The notes under the pieces are model-generated. The model did no database searches. It saw only the letters and a program-made list of their open reading frames with translations, and was not told where the DNA came from. A stretch of 64,000 nucleotides of DNA, from contig WGSN01000007.1 in assembly GCA_014871645.1 (NCBI GenBank), forward strand, positions 16,378 through 80,377, written 5' to 3'. The stretch's first letter is position 1. Each line of letters opens with the position of its first letter. The translations under genes were made by a program, and so were the position numbers. This DNA is from Collinsella sp. (GTDB taxonomy: Bacteria > Actinomycetota > Coriobacteriia > Coriobacteriales > Coriobacteriaceae). Shown here one piece after another: positions 39,102 to 48,999 of this stretch.

Positions 39102-40385
39102 CTAAATGGTTTCCAAGAAAGCTTCAATGCGCGTCTGCAGCTGGCCGGCGTCCTCACCGGCGTAGTCGGTCGTGATGTGCATAAACGGAATGCCTGCCTC
39201 CTCGGCGGCCTTCTCCACGGCAAACGACTCCATCTCGTAGAGCGTGCAGAACTGCAAGGCCACGTCGACGACGCCGTCGGCATGCAGGTCCTTGGCCATC
39301 TGGACAATGTCCTTCATACGCTGGTCGTTGGGCGTAAAGACGGCGCAGTTGATCTTAAAGTAGCGCTCGGCGATGGCGTCGAGCATCTCGTCGACCGTCT
39401 CGCCGGACTCGTCGACCAGGTCCTTGTAGTAGCGCGAACCCGTGCAGGACTCCTCGCCCACCACAACGCCGCCGGCCTTCTCGATGAGGTTGAACAGCTT
39501 CCAGTTGGGCACGGCCATGGGCGTACCGGTGTACAGGATGCGCTTGGTCCCCTTGGGCGCCACGCCCTCGCCGGCCTCGACACGCCGCTCGCACTCAGCC
39601 GCCATATCGTTGATGGCTCCGGTCAGACGCGGCGTGTCGTCCATAAAGGCGGCCTGAACGGTCAGCAGGCTGTCGAGACCGCTGATGGGCGCCGGATCGG
39701 CAGCGCGCGTGGCAGCCAGACGCTGCAGGGCGCGACGCTTCTCGTTGACGGCGTGGATGGCAGCCTTCAGGCGCTCCGGCGTAATCTTGACGCCGCACTC
39801 TTCCTCGATCTTGGCGGCAAGCTTTTTAACCTCGGCCTTCCAGGTCACGAGCGTCGACTCGTCGTGCACGTTGGGGATATCCATGACGTACATGTTCTTT
39901 TGCGTGGCAAAGAACTCGTAGGCCTTCTTCTTGCCATCGCAGGTGTTCTCGCCCACCACCAGATCACTCGACTCAATGTAGGGGCAGACCTCGCCCAGCT
40001 TAAAGCCGGCAAAGCTCTTGATGAGCGGGCAGGTGTTGCGCGGCAGATGCTCCTCGACCTTGTCGGTCACCCAGTCGGCACCCGAGCACAGGCCAACGGG
40101 GATGCCATCGCAGGCAAGCACGATCTCCTCGGGCACGTACACACAGAACGAACCGACGATCTTGGTGGCCTCGCCGGCCTCCTTCTTGTCGAGCATCTCC
40201 TTAATACGGCCGCTGTGGATGTTGGTGGCGACAAAATCCAGGTAGGACGTGGACTTGGGGCGATTGTTCTGCGTCAGGAACATATCGCCGTACATCTGGC
40301 CCACAGCGCCCAGCAGCATGTCGTGATCGGCAAGATTCATGCCGAGGCTCTCCCACATCGGATGGAAATCGAATTCTTCAGCCAT
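39102..40385 (-). CDS. Double-cubane cluster protein / 2-hydroxyacyl-CoA dehydratase-fold protein 1
   Basis: [36 protein letters not shown] Cys pattern. Confidence 0.87.
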   Translation of the reverse strand: MAEEFDFHPMWESLGMNLADHDMLLGAVGQMYGDMFLTQNNRPKSTSYLDFVATNIHSGRIKEMLDKKEAGEATKIVGSFCVYVPEEIVLACDGIPVGLCSGADWVTDKVEEHLPRNTCPLIKSFAGFKLGEVCPYIESSDLVVGENTCDGKKKAYEFFATQKNMYVMDIPNVHDESTLVTWKAEVKKLAAKIEEECGVKITPERLKAAIHAVNEKRRALQRLAATRAADPAPISGLDSLLTVQAAFMDDTPRLTGAINDMAAECERRVEAGEGVAPKGTKRILYTGTPMAVPNWKLFNLIEKAGGVVVGEESCTGSRYYKDLVDESGETVDEMLDAIAERYFKINCAVFTPNDQRMKDIVQMAKDLHADGVVDVALQFCTLYEMESFAVEKAAEEAGIPFMHITTDYAGEDAGQLQTRIEAFLETI

Positions 40386-40814
40386 GACGGTTCCCCTCTC
40401 GAACCAAATACGGACAGCTACGGTATTGCTGCACGGCGGGCGGCGAAAACCCAGCCGTGCCTAAACCCGGAATTTTGGGGAACCTGCTTTGCGGTCGATT
40501 ATTTAGTTGTGCGTCGTCTCTCCCGGAGCCGTGAACATACCTGCTCATATGCGACTCCGAGCCATATACAGGGCGCGCGCGGCAACGCGGCGAATGTATG
40601 TCGTCTGCGGCATGTGCGCGCCCTCCTTTACAAGTTAAGGTCAACTATATCAACGGTCGTCGACCATGCAAACACCGTTGACATTCGTACGACAGCGTCG
40701 TGTGCCGCCGTTTAATAAATAATTATCTGTGTTGATAAGAGTTTGTCATTCCCCATTCGGCGAACGGCAAGACAAAGCCGCCGAGACTTATATCCCCGAC
40801 GGCATTACCCGGCG

Positions 40815-41885
40815 CTACCGACAAACCAAATGGATCCTACTCGCATCGAAATGCATGCGCAGCGTCTCGCCTGCTTGCGGCAGCTCGTCGACAGGCACGC
40901 CCACCTTGTTGACCTTCCACTGCAGACGCGTGGGCGCATCAGCACGCGGCACGTCCAGCAGCACCAGGCGCTCAAAGCGCGAATCGCTCACTCGGGCCAC
41001 GTGCAAATCATAGCTGTTGCGACCCCGCTCCGCGCGATTGTCAACATGAAAGTAGCTTGCGCGAATGCCCAGGTACGCCACGTCGTCGGGCACCTCGCGA
41101 CCCACGTTAAAGGTCATGCCCCAGTCGAGGGCCTCAACTTCTTCGTCGCCGATCTTGCGCGCCCGGCTTGTGTTCTTGCAGCCCGTCAGGCGCAGTGCCG
41201 CCAGCGTCTGCGGACGGCGGACCACGTCCTCGACGGAGCCGATCTCCTCCACATGCCCGTCGTGCATCACGCAGATGCGCCCGCACAGGCGGCACGCTTC
41301 GTCGATGTCGTGGCTCACGTAGAGCACGGTGCGGTTGCATACATCGAACAGGTCGAGCATGTTCTGCTCGAGCGCGCTCTTAAGATAGGAATCGAGCGCG
41401 CTCATGGGCTCGTCGAACATAAAGATGCCCGGATATGCCGCCACCATGCGGGCAAGCGCCACGCGTTGTTGCTGGCCACCCGAGAGCCGCGCGGGATAAC
41501 GGTCGGCGAAATCGGCCAGGCCAAAGATGCCCAGGTAGCGCTCAGCAAGTTTTTTACGCGCCGCGGCGTCGCCCGCATCCTTTACGCCGGCGCATACGTT
41601 ATCGGCCACCGTCATGTTGGGAAACAGCTGATAGTTTTGGAACAACAGGGCACATTTGCGCTCCTGGGGCGACAGGTCGATGCCCGCCGCCGAGTCAAAA
41701 AAGGTCACACCGTTGACGACGATCTTGCCCACGTCGGGCGTCTCCACGCCGGCAATGCAGCGCAGCGTGCAGCTCTTGCCGCAACCCGAGGCGCCCAGCA
41801 GCGCCACACGCTCCTCGCCGGCCTCAAGCTGCATGTCGAGCATAAACCCGGGATAGCGCTTTTTGATATCCAGAACGAGCGACAT
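40815..41885 (-). CDS. modC: Molybdate ABC transporter ATP-binding protein
   Basis: GASGCGKS, LSGGQQQRVALAR, DEPMSALD; follows modB. Confidence 0.9.
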   Translation of the reverse strand: MSLVLDIKKRYPGFMLDMQLEAGEERVALLGASGCGKSCTLRCIAGVETPDVGKIVVNGVTFFDSAAGIDLSPQERKCALLFQNYQLFPNMTVADNVCAGVKDAGDAAARKKLAERYLGIFGLADFADRYPARLSGGQQQRVALARMVAAYPGIFMFDEPMSALDSYLKSALEQNMLDLFDVCNRTVLYVSHDIDEACRLCGRICVMHDGHVEEIGSVEDVVRRPQTLAALRLTGCKNTSRARKIGDEEVEALDWGMTFNVGREVPDDVAYLGIRASYFHVDNRAERGRNSYDLHVARVSDSRFERLVLLDVPRADAPTRLQWKVNKVGVPVDELPQAGETLRMHFDASRIHLVCR

Positions 41886-41888
41886 GGC

Positions 41889-43400
41889 CTATCGACCTCC
41901 CTTCGCGACCGCGTCATCGCGCATAAGCTCGGCCAGCGCCTCGCGATCGATTCGCAGGGCATCGCCGCCCGCCGGGTCGAGCGAATCACCCTGTCCGGCG
42001 AGGTCTTTGGCCTGCTTGCGCCCCGCATGGGAAAGGCCCCGCTCGCGATACTTTTGCGAATGGGCGGTGTACATGTTAATGAACAGGATGACCAGGAAGC
42101 TGAACGCAATTACGACCACGACCCAGAAGAGCGCGACCGACGTATTGCCGCCCATCCACTCAAAATAGATGGCGATGGGGATGGTCTGCGTAATGCCGGC
42201 GTAGTTGCCCGCAAAGAACAGCGTGCAGCCAAACTCTCCCATCGCGCGGGCAAAGGCGAGGACCGTACCAGCAGCAATAGAAGGCCACCCAAGCGGCATC
42301 ATAAGCTTGGCAAAGATGCGACGCTCGGACCATCCCAGGGTTCGCGCGGCGTCAAGCATCTGCGTGTCGAGGCTCTCAAAGGCGCCGAGCGCCGTACGGT
42401 AGACCAGGGGGAACGATACCACCACGGCAGAGATCACCGCCGCCGGCCACGTAAAGACAATCGAGACGCCGTGCGCAATCAGCCACTGGCCCACCCCGGT
42501 CGAGCGACCAAACAGCATAAGCAGCAAAAAGCCGCAGACCGTGGGCGGCAACACCATGGGGATGGTAAAGACCGAGTCGAGCAGGCCCTTGATGCGACTC
42601 GAGGTACCCATAGTCTTCCACGCGGCGAACAGGCCCAGCGCAAGGGAGATCACCAGGGCAAGGCCGCTCGTTTTAATGGACACCCAAAACGGGCGATAGT
42701 CGATGTCGCCCAAAAAGGAGACCAGAGAGGTCAAGGGCCCTTGCTCATGCCGCAACACGACAGACGATGCTTCTACCATTTGAGCGCTATCAAGCCAACG
42801 CGCGCCGCCCTTGGCATCACCCGAGGCTGATGCAATCACCACATAGCGGTCCCCATCCGCACCGCGCTCGTCAAAGCCATAGGTATACCCGCCGGCATCA
42901 AACGTTGTTTCCGCCGTGACATACCAAGGAAGATCCACGTCCCCTAGCTGCGCACCTCCCATGCAGTTTGCGCTGTCGAGCTTACAGACGAGGGCCTTGA
43001 GACCCGATACGCACTCGTTATCCTGCGGATCCAATCCATACTTCTCGACCGCCTTGGGCGATATCCACACCACAACGCGATCGGCAGCAGGCGCCACTAC
43101 AAGGTCCACGTCCTCGTCAACGGGAAACCGGTAGCCCTCAGGCTGGCCCTCCATGGCACGAGCAGTCCCCTTGGCCAGCCGCTCAAAACCCTCGATCCCA
43201 TAGGAAAGCCCATGAGCGGTCGCAGCAACCTGGGCCCCGTCCTCAGCGTCCCCAGCAAACGCAAATCCCGGCACCCAGCAAAGCGTCAAGGTCAAAGCAC
43301 AGGCGACAAGCATGCGGAATCTATTAAGCACGAAAAGCTCCAAGCGAATACAAGGACGGAGTGAAACACAAAACGATGGAATTATCGCGCCAAGCCGCAC
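41889..43400 (-). CDS. modB: Molybdate ABC transporter permease with long N-terminal extension
   Basis: PMVLPPTVCGF, AFARAMGEFG; GTG overlaps the modA TAG; start uncertain (alternative 43313). Confidence 0.85.
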   Translation of the reverse strand: MRLGAIIPSFCVSLRPCIRLELFVLNRFRMLVACALTLTLCWVPGFAFAGDAEDGAQVAATAHGLSYGIEGFERLAKGTARAMEGQPEGYRFPVDEDVDLVVAPAADRVVVWISPKAVEKYGLDPQDNECVSGLKALVCKLDSANCMGGAQLGDVDLPWYVTAETTFDAGGYTYGFDERGADGDRYVVIASASGDAKGGARWLDSAQMVEASSVVLRHEQGPLTSLVSFLGDIDYRPFWVSIKTSGLALVISLALGLFAAWKTMGTSSRIKGLLDSVFTIPMVLPPTVCGFLLLMLFGRSTGVGQWLIAHGVSIVFTWPAAVISAVVVSFPLVYRTALGAFESLDTQMLDAARTLGWSERRIFAKLMMPLGWPSIAAGTVLAFARAMGEFGCTLFFAGNYAGITQTIPIAIYFEWMGGNTSVALFWVVVVIAFSFLVILFINMYTAHSQKYRERGLSHAGRKQAKDLAGQGDSLDPAGGDALRIDREALAELMRDDAVAKGGR

Positions 43401-44275
43401 TACGCGGAAAGCTCAAAGCCGTACTTAGCCCAAATCTTCTGAGCCTTTTTGTTGGTCAGGCAGAAATCGATGAACGCCTTAGCTTCGTCGGCATGTTCGG
43501 AGCTCTCGGCAACAGCGCCCGGATACACAATGGGCTTGTGCGAATCCTCGGGGCACACAAAGGCCTCCTCGATGCCGTCGTAGCGGAAGATGTCGGAGCT
43601 GTAGACAAAACCGGCCACGCAGTCGCCTGTGGACACATAGGCAGCTGCGGTGCCCACTTTATCGGCCAGCGCGACCTTGTCGGCGATCTCGGGAGTATAC
43701 TCGCCGTCGTCGCCCTCGGTGCCAGTGTAGAGGCCCACGGAGGCCAGAGCCTGGTTGGCGTACTTTCCGGCGGGAACGGTCTTGGCGTCGCCGATGGCAA
43801 TCTTGCCGTCCAGATTCGCGACGTCGGCGATGGCCTCGACCTTGGTGTCGGAGCCCTCAGCGCGAATGATCACGAGGTCGTTGACGAACATGTCCTCACG
43901 GGTGCCGGCGTCGACGAGCTCGGCGGTCTCAGCGTCATCCATGGTGCCCTTGGAAGCGGTGATGAGCACGTCGGCCGTGGCACCGGCGCGCATCTGCTCG
44001 ACGAGGTCGCCAGACGCCTTAAACTGCGTGTCGGCAAACGTGGTGCCGGTCTGCTCGGTGTAGAACTCCTGAACCTCGGGCAGGGCCTTCTCGAGCGAGT
44101 TGGCGGCAAAGACCTGCAGCTCGACAGCCTTCTTCTTAGAGGAAGACTTGACGGAGCCGGCATCGGAACCAGCGGGCTCGGACGTCTTGTTGCCCGAGCA
44201 GCCGGCAAGGCCAAGGCCGGCGGCAGCGGCAGCAGAAAGCGAGACAAAACCGCGGCGTGAAACCATATCGAACAT
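43400..44275 (-). CDS. modA: Molybdate-binding lipoprotein (Tat-type signal)
   Basis: SRRGF...LAGC signal; FAANSL, ASGDL, VPAGKYA motifs. Confidence 0.92.
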   Translation of the reverse strand: MFDMVSRRGFVSLSAAAAAGLGLAGCSGNKTSEPAGSDAGSVKSSSKKKAVELQVFAANSLEKALPEVQEFYTEQTGTTFADTQFKASGDLVEQMRAGATADVLITASKGTMDDAETAELVDAGTREDMFVNDLVIIRAEGSDTKVEAIADVANLDGKIAIGDAKTVPAGKYANQALASVGLYTGTEGDDGEYTPEIADKVALADKVGTAAAYVSTGDCVAGFVYSSDIFRYDGIEEAFVCPEDSHKPIVYPGAVAESSEHADEAKAFIDFCLTNKKAQKIWAKYGFELSA

Positions 44276-44478
44276 ATTCAACCCTTTCGAACGCTATGCC
44301 CGGGCACCCCGCCGCAGGCTTTATTCTGTTACTAGATTATACTTCCGCGCGAATAATGATAATGAGAAATTATTCTCGCTAGAGAATATAGTTTCGAGTT
44401 GCCGTGCACCTCGGCGTCGCTTCGGCGGAAAACAAAGGCGGAGCAGCCGTTCAGGTCGCCCCGCCGCAGGTAAACCGC

Positions 44479-44958
44479 TTATTTGGTATGTCCGCCGCCC
44501 GCCGTCATTTGGGCCGCATGCTCCAGCTGATCGCTCACGGCCTCCCAGCTTTCGCGGGCCGCTTTCGTGGATCCCGGAAAGTTGATGACAAGCGTATGCC
44601 CACGCTGCATGCACACGGCGCGCGAGAGCATAGCGCGGCGTGTCTTGGTCATGGAGTACGCACGGATTGCCTCTGCAATACCCGGCACATCGCGGTCGCA
44701 GACGGCACGCGTCGCCTCGGGCGTCACGTCGCGCATCGAAAGTCCCGTGCCGCCACAGGTGAGGACGACGTTGGCGTGGCACTCATCGGCAGCTTCCACA
44801 ATGGCATCACCGATCTCGCTGGCGTCGTCGCGCACGACCACATGTGAGACGACCGTCCAGCCCTGCGCCTCGATAAGTTCCTCGAGTGCGGCTCCAGCCT
44901 CGTCCTGAGCAAGATCGCGCGTATCCGAGCACGTCACGATCGAAATCTTCAACTCCAT
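44479..44958 (-). CDS. moaB: Molybdopterin adenylyltransferase MoaB/MogA
   Basis: TCSD, TCGGTGLSMRDVTPEA, NFPGS motifs. Confidence 0.9.
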   Translation of the reverse strand: MELKISIVTCSDTRDLAQDEAGAALEELIEAQGWTVVSHVVVRDDASEIGDAIVEAADECHANVVLTCGGTGLSMRDVTPEATRAVCDRDVPGIAEAIRAYSMTKTRRAMLSRAVCMQRGHTLVINFPGSTKAARESWEAVSDQLEHAAQMTAGGGHTK

Positions 44959-44968
44959 AGTCTTCCTC

Positions 44969-46231
44969 CTATAACACCGTGCCCTCGGGCAGGTCGACAC
45001 GCACGACATCCACGACGTCGCCCGCCTTGAGCTCGCACGGTCCTTCGTCAATACGCAGCAGGCAGTTGGACCGCTGCATCGTGCCGAGCAGAGCCGAATT
45101 CTGCGTCTTGGCCTCGGTCACCAACAGCTCACTGGTCTCGGGGTCGCGCAAAACCGTGGCGCGATCGAAGAAGCGTCGGTCCTGGCGCTTTTTCACGCCG
45201 TGCGTGAGCGTCGCCTGCTGCACGGGACGCACGCCCTCGGCAAAGCCGCGCATCTTGCGAATCGCCGGACGGGCGAGCATCTCAAAGCCCACATACGCCG
45301 CGGCCGGATTGCCTGAAAGCCCTAGGTAGGGCTTGCCCCCGAGCAAGCCAAACGTGATGGCCTTGCCCGGACGCATCGAGATGCGATCGAACAGCACCAC
45401 GCCCTCGCGCCGGACGAGCGCCGTCACGTAGTCGTAATCGCCCGCCGAGGCGCCGCCGCTCGTAATGACAAAATCGCACTCTCGCGTGGCGCGATGCACC
45501 AGCTCGCCAATCGCCTGCTCATCGTCGGGCGCAATACCGTAGAACACGGGCTCGGCGCCGGCATCGAGCGCCTCGGCCATCAGCGCCGAGGAGTTGGAGT
45601 CGCGAATCTGCCCGCGCGCCGGCAGCTCACCCGGCGCGACCAGCTCCGTGCCCAGCGAGATAATGCCCACGCGCGGAGCGGCATGGACCTTCACGCTCGC
45701 GTAACCGGCGCTTGCCAGCAGGCCGGCGCCGGCCGGAGTCACAACCTCGCCAGCACGCATCACGACTTCGCCGGCATGGGCCTCCTCGGCGGCAGAGCGA
45801 ACGTTCTTCCCCACCTTGGCCGGCGCCAAAAACCTCACACGCGAGCCCTCGTTGCCGTCACCGTCGAGCACATCGACGATCTCGTACTTCACCACGGCAT
45901 CGGCACCCTCGGGCACCGGCGCGCCCGTCATGATGCGGACCGTCTCGCCCGCGCCGATTGCGTCCCCAAACACATGACCCGCGGCCTCATGTCCGATAAC
46001 ATCGAGCGTCACCGGCGCCTCGCCAGATGCCTGCGCCAAGTCCGCCGAGCGCACGGCATACCCGTCCATGGCGCTGTTGGCAAACGGCGAGATGTCGATA
46101 TCGGCCACCGCGTCCTCGGCCAAGGGAAGACCGGCGGCCTGCCACACGGGAATCTCGACGAGATCGGTCGGAGCAACGTGCGACAGAACAATCGACTGCG
46201 CGTCCTCCAGCGGAATGAGTTTCTCTGCCAT
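44969..46231 (-). CDS. moeA: Molybdopterin molybdotransferase
   Basis: SAMDGYA, IMTGAPVP, SGGASAGDYD, MRPGK, LSGNP motifs. Confidence 0.95.
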   Translation of the reverse strand: MAEKLIPLEDAQSIVLSHVAPTDLVEIPVWQAAGLPLAEDAVADIDISPFANSAMDGYAVRSADLAQASGEAPVTLDVIGHEAAGHVFGDAIGAGETVRIMTGAPVPEGADAVVKYEIVDVLDGDGNEGSRVRFLAPAKVGKNVRSAAEEAHAGEVVMRAGEVVTPAGAGLLASAGYASVKVHAAPRVGIISLGTELVAPGELPARGQIRDSNSSALMAEALDAGAEPVFYGIAPDDEQAIGELVHRATRECDFVITSGGASAGDYDYVTALVRREGVVLFDRISMRPGKAITFGLLGGKPYLGLSGNPAAAYVGFEMLARPAIRKMRGFAEGVRPVQQATLTHGVKKRQDRRFFDRATVLRDPETSELLVTEAKTQNSALLGTMQRSNCLLRIDEGPCELKAGDVVDVVRVDLPEGTVL

Positions 46232-46441
46232 ATGCACCTCTTAATGCCACGGCGCACAACAGGGGCGCCGATTCTTTATGCTTGTCTCAGTATAATCCCC
46301 CGACGCACGACCGCGACTCGGCCTGCACCCGCAAATACACCTGTCAGTTGCAGGCCGCGAAACAGAATGGAAACCAACCCACCGGCTCGTCGCGTTTACC
46401 GCGTTTTATAATGCTTGCGTTGCAACCTAAAAGAGGAACGT

Positions 46442-47863
46442 ATGGCTCATAACGACAAACCCGAAAGCGCAAACGAAGCGCAGGATCATTCCCAGCCGCT
46501 CGACGAAGGCGGTTTTTTCTCTCTGAACGACGTCATCGCGGCAGGCAGGCATCAGCTCACCCGCTCTGAGCATCTCTTGGCTGCCGACACGCGCCGCAAC
46601 GCCCGCAACCTACTCGCGAGCGCCAAGTTGCTCGCACTCGTCGTCATCGTCTCGCTCGCCATGGGCGTTGCCGCTTGGGCGTTTTTGGCCTCGTTGAATA
46701 TCGCGACCGACTATCGCGAGCAGCATGCGTGGATTTACGCGCTGCTTCCCGTTGTGGGCGTTGTCACCGCATGGGTGTACAAAAACCACGGTCTCGCCGC
46801 CAAACGCGGTAACAACCTGGTCATCGACTCCGCTCTGGGCACCCGCCTCATCCATATGCGCATGGCCGTCCTCACCTTCGTCTGCTCCACGCTCACGCAC
46901 CTAACGGGCGGATCGGCCGGTCGCGAGGGAGCTGCGGTGCAGATTGGCGGCACCATCGCCAGCAACATCTCGAGCCTCGCCCACCTCAAAAAGCATGACC
47001 ACCACGACCTCATGCTCGCCGGCATCTCGTCGGCCTTTGGCGCCGTATTCGGCTCGCCCCTTGCCGGGGCTTTCTTTGGCATGGAGATGTGCTTTATCGG
47101 CAAGATCGACTACACCGCGGGCATCTACTGCCTGGTCGCCTCGTTTACCGGCTACTTTACATCACTCGCCCTAGGTACCGAGTACGAGGCGAATGTCATC
47201 GCCAGCGTTCCCGCTATGACGCCCAAAACGGTCGTCATCGTTGTTATCAGCGCAATTATCTTCGGTCTGACGGCACGCCTCTTTGCCTGGTCGGTTCGAA
47301 CCGTCAAGAGCCTCTACGGTCGCTTTATCACCAATTACCTCGTTCGCGCACTCATCGGCGCACTCGTGGTTTTGGCCGCCTATGCCCTCCTCGACGCCTG
47401 GAACTACGCCGGCCTTTCCACGTGGCTTTCCGGCGCCGGATTTGCCGGCAACACCACCCTGGCGGACGCAGCCATCAAGTTGGTCGTCACAGCGCTTACC
47501 CTGGGCGCGGGCTTCCAAGGCGGCGAGGTCACGCCCCTGTTTGGCATCGGTGCGGCGCTCGGCGGCTGGATAGGTTGCCTCGTCGGAATCGATCCCAGCT
47601 TTCTGGCAGCGCTGGGCATGCTCGGCGTGTTCTGCGCCGGCCTTAACGTGCCTATCACCACCTGTATGATGGCCATCGACCTGTTCCACGGCACGGCTGC
47701 CGGGTTCTTTGTCATCGTGGCCTTTATCAGCTACCTAACCGCCGGACACCGCGGCGTGTACCCCGCCCAGCGCATTATCTCGCCCAAGCGCCGTTCGCTT
47801 ATTGTAGATGAGGGCGGTACGGTAGCGGATGCTATCGAGCGCCACAACGACCTGATAGAGTAG
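46442..47863 (+). CDS. ClC family transporter, CLC-F (fluoride/H+ antiporter) type
   Basis: GNNLVI, GREGAA, GEVTP signature triad; TATAAT at 46407-46412. Confidence 0.85.
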   Translation: MAHNDKPESANEAQDHSQPLDEGGFFSLNDVIAAGRHQLTRSEHLLAADTRRNARNLLASAKLLALVVIVSLAMGVAAWAFLASLNIATDYREQHAWIYALLPVVGVVTAWVYKNHGLAAKRGNNLVIDSALGTRLIHMRMAVLTFVCSTLTHLTGGSAGREGAAVQIGGTIASNISSLAHLKKHDHHDLMLAGISSAFGAVFGSPLAGAFFGMEMCFIGKIDYTAGIYCLVASFTGYFTSLALGTEYEANVIASVPAMTPKTVVIVVISAIIFGLTARLFAWSVRTVKSLYGRFITNYLVRALIGALVVLAAYALLDAWNYAGLSTWLSGAGFAGNTTLADAAIKLVVTALTLGAGFQGGEVTPLFGIGAALGGWIGCLVGIDPSFLAALGMLGVFCAGLNVPITTCMMAIDLFHGTAAGFFVIVAFISYLTAGHRGVYPAQRIISPKRRSLIVDEGGTVADAIERHNDLIE

Positions 47864-47950
47864 ACGTAAGTATTCGACGTGCAGCCACAATCGGGGGCAA
47901 TTCGACCTGAGCGCGACCGCACCGTCACGTCATACGCCGGGAGTCGCCCC

Positions 47951-48913
47951 ATGCACGCAACTGATTTTGGCCTCACGCTCATCATCGCCAACCCAGCCGC
48001 CCAGTCGGGCGCGGCGCGCGAAGTTGCCGAGCGCCTGCAGCGCTTTTTGGATATAACCGCGCGCGCATCCCAGTTTGACTTGGTGCTAACCGAGCGCATG
48101 GGACACGCCAAGGAGCTTGCCGCCCAGGCAACGGACTATCGCACTGTTATCGCACTCGGCGGCGACGGCGTGATCCACGAAGTCGTCAACGGGCTTATGA
48201 CGCAAAAGGCGGACGCCCGCCCCGCTCTTGCCGTCCTGCCCGTGGGCTCCGGCAACGATTTTGCCCAGACGCTCGGCATCGAAGATTTCTCCGGCAAGGA
48301 TTTTGGTGCGCTGCTTACCTGCGAGCTGCAGCGTCAGGACATCGGGCGGATTCGCTCATGGAACCCCGCAAGCGGCAGTGGCGAGGCAATCGTCGAGTAT
48401 TACGACCAGACGGTCTCCGTCGGTATTGATGCCGCCATCGGCCTGGGCACCACCGAGCTGCGCAAAAAGACGGGTCTCACCGGCGCGCCGCTCTACACTC
48501 TTTCGGGACTAGAACAGTTTGGCCTACGCTATCGCAACTACCCCATGACAGTCAGCTTTGACGGCGCGCCCGCCGAGCGCGTAAGGGCGATCGTCATGGC
48601 GATTCAGCTGGGTCCTACCTATGGCTCGGGCTATCGTATCTGTCCCGAAGCCGACCCCTGCGACGGCATGCTCGACGTCTGCTACGCCTGCGGCCCCGTT
48701 CCGCGCGCGGTCGCGCTTCCCATGTTCCTTTCGGCCAAAGATGGCCACCATACCAAGCTGCCACCGGTTCGCATGCGCCGCTGTCACCATGCCGAGCTTA
48801 CCTTTGAGGAGCCCGACTACCCCATCCAGGCCGACGGCGAGCCCGTTGTCGCCTCGCGCATCGAGGTCGACATCCTTCCCGGTGCCCTCCAAGTCTGGCA
48901 CCCAACTCGCTAG
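47951..48913 (+). CDS. Diacylglycerol kinase family lipid kinase (YegS-like)
   Basis: NPAA, GGDGVIHEVVNG, PVGSGNDFA, ADGE motifs. Confidence 0.9.
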   Translation: MHATDFGLTLIIANPAAQSGAAREVAERLQRFLDITARASQFDLVLTERMGHAKELAAQATDYRTVIALGGDGVIHEVVNGLMTQKADARPALAVLPVGSGNDFAQTLGIEDFSGKDFGALLTCELQRQDIGRIRSWNPASGSGEAIVEYYDQTVSVGIDAAIGLGTTELRKKTGLTGAPLYTLSGLEQFGLRYRNYPMTVSFDGAPAERVRAIVMAIQLGPTYGSGYRICPEADPCDGMLDVCYACGPVPRAVALPMFLSAKDGHHTKLPPVRMRRCHHAELTFEEPDYPIQADGEPVVASRIEVDILPGALQVWHPTR

Positions 48914-48920
48914 CCCCACC

Positions 48921-48991
48921 TAAGTTGCGGTGAAATAGGGACTGTTTATGCAGCTAAAGCCGCAAAACAGTCCCTATTTCACCGCAACTTA
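48921..48991. repeat. R1 palindromic repeat copy D
   Basis: Perfect 27-bp arms with 17-nt spacer, between convergent genes. Confidence 0.9.
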
Positions 48992-48999
48992 TGAGGAAG

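Noticed and set aside
44276..44400. Moco riboswitch or Fur box upstream of modA
   Set aside because: The leader after TATAAT (44336-44341) is short and lacks the motif; the AT-rich Fur-like match is weak
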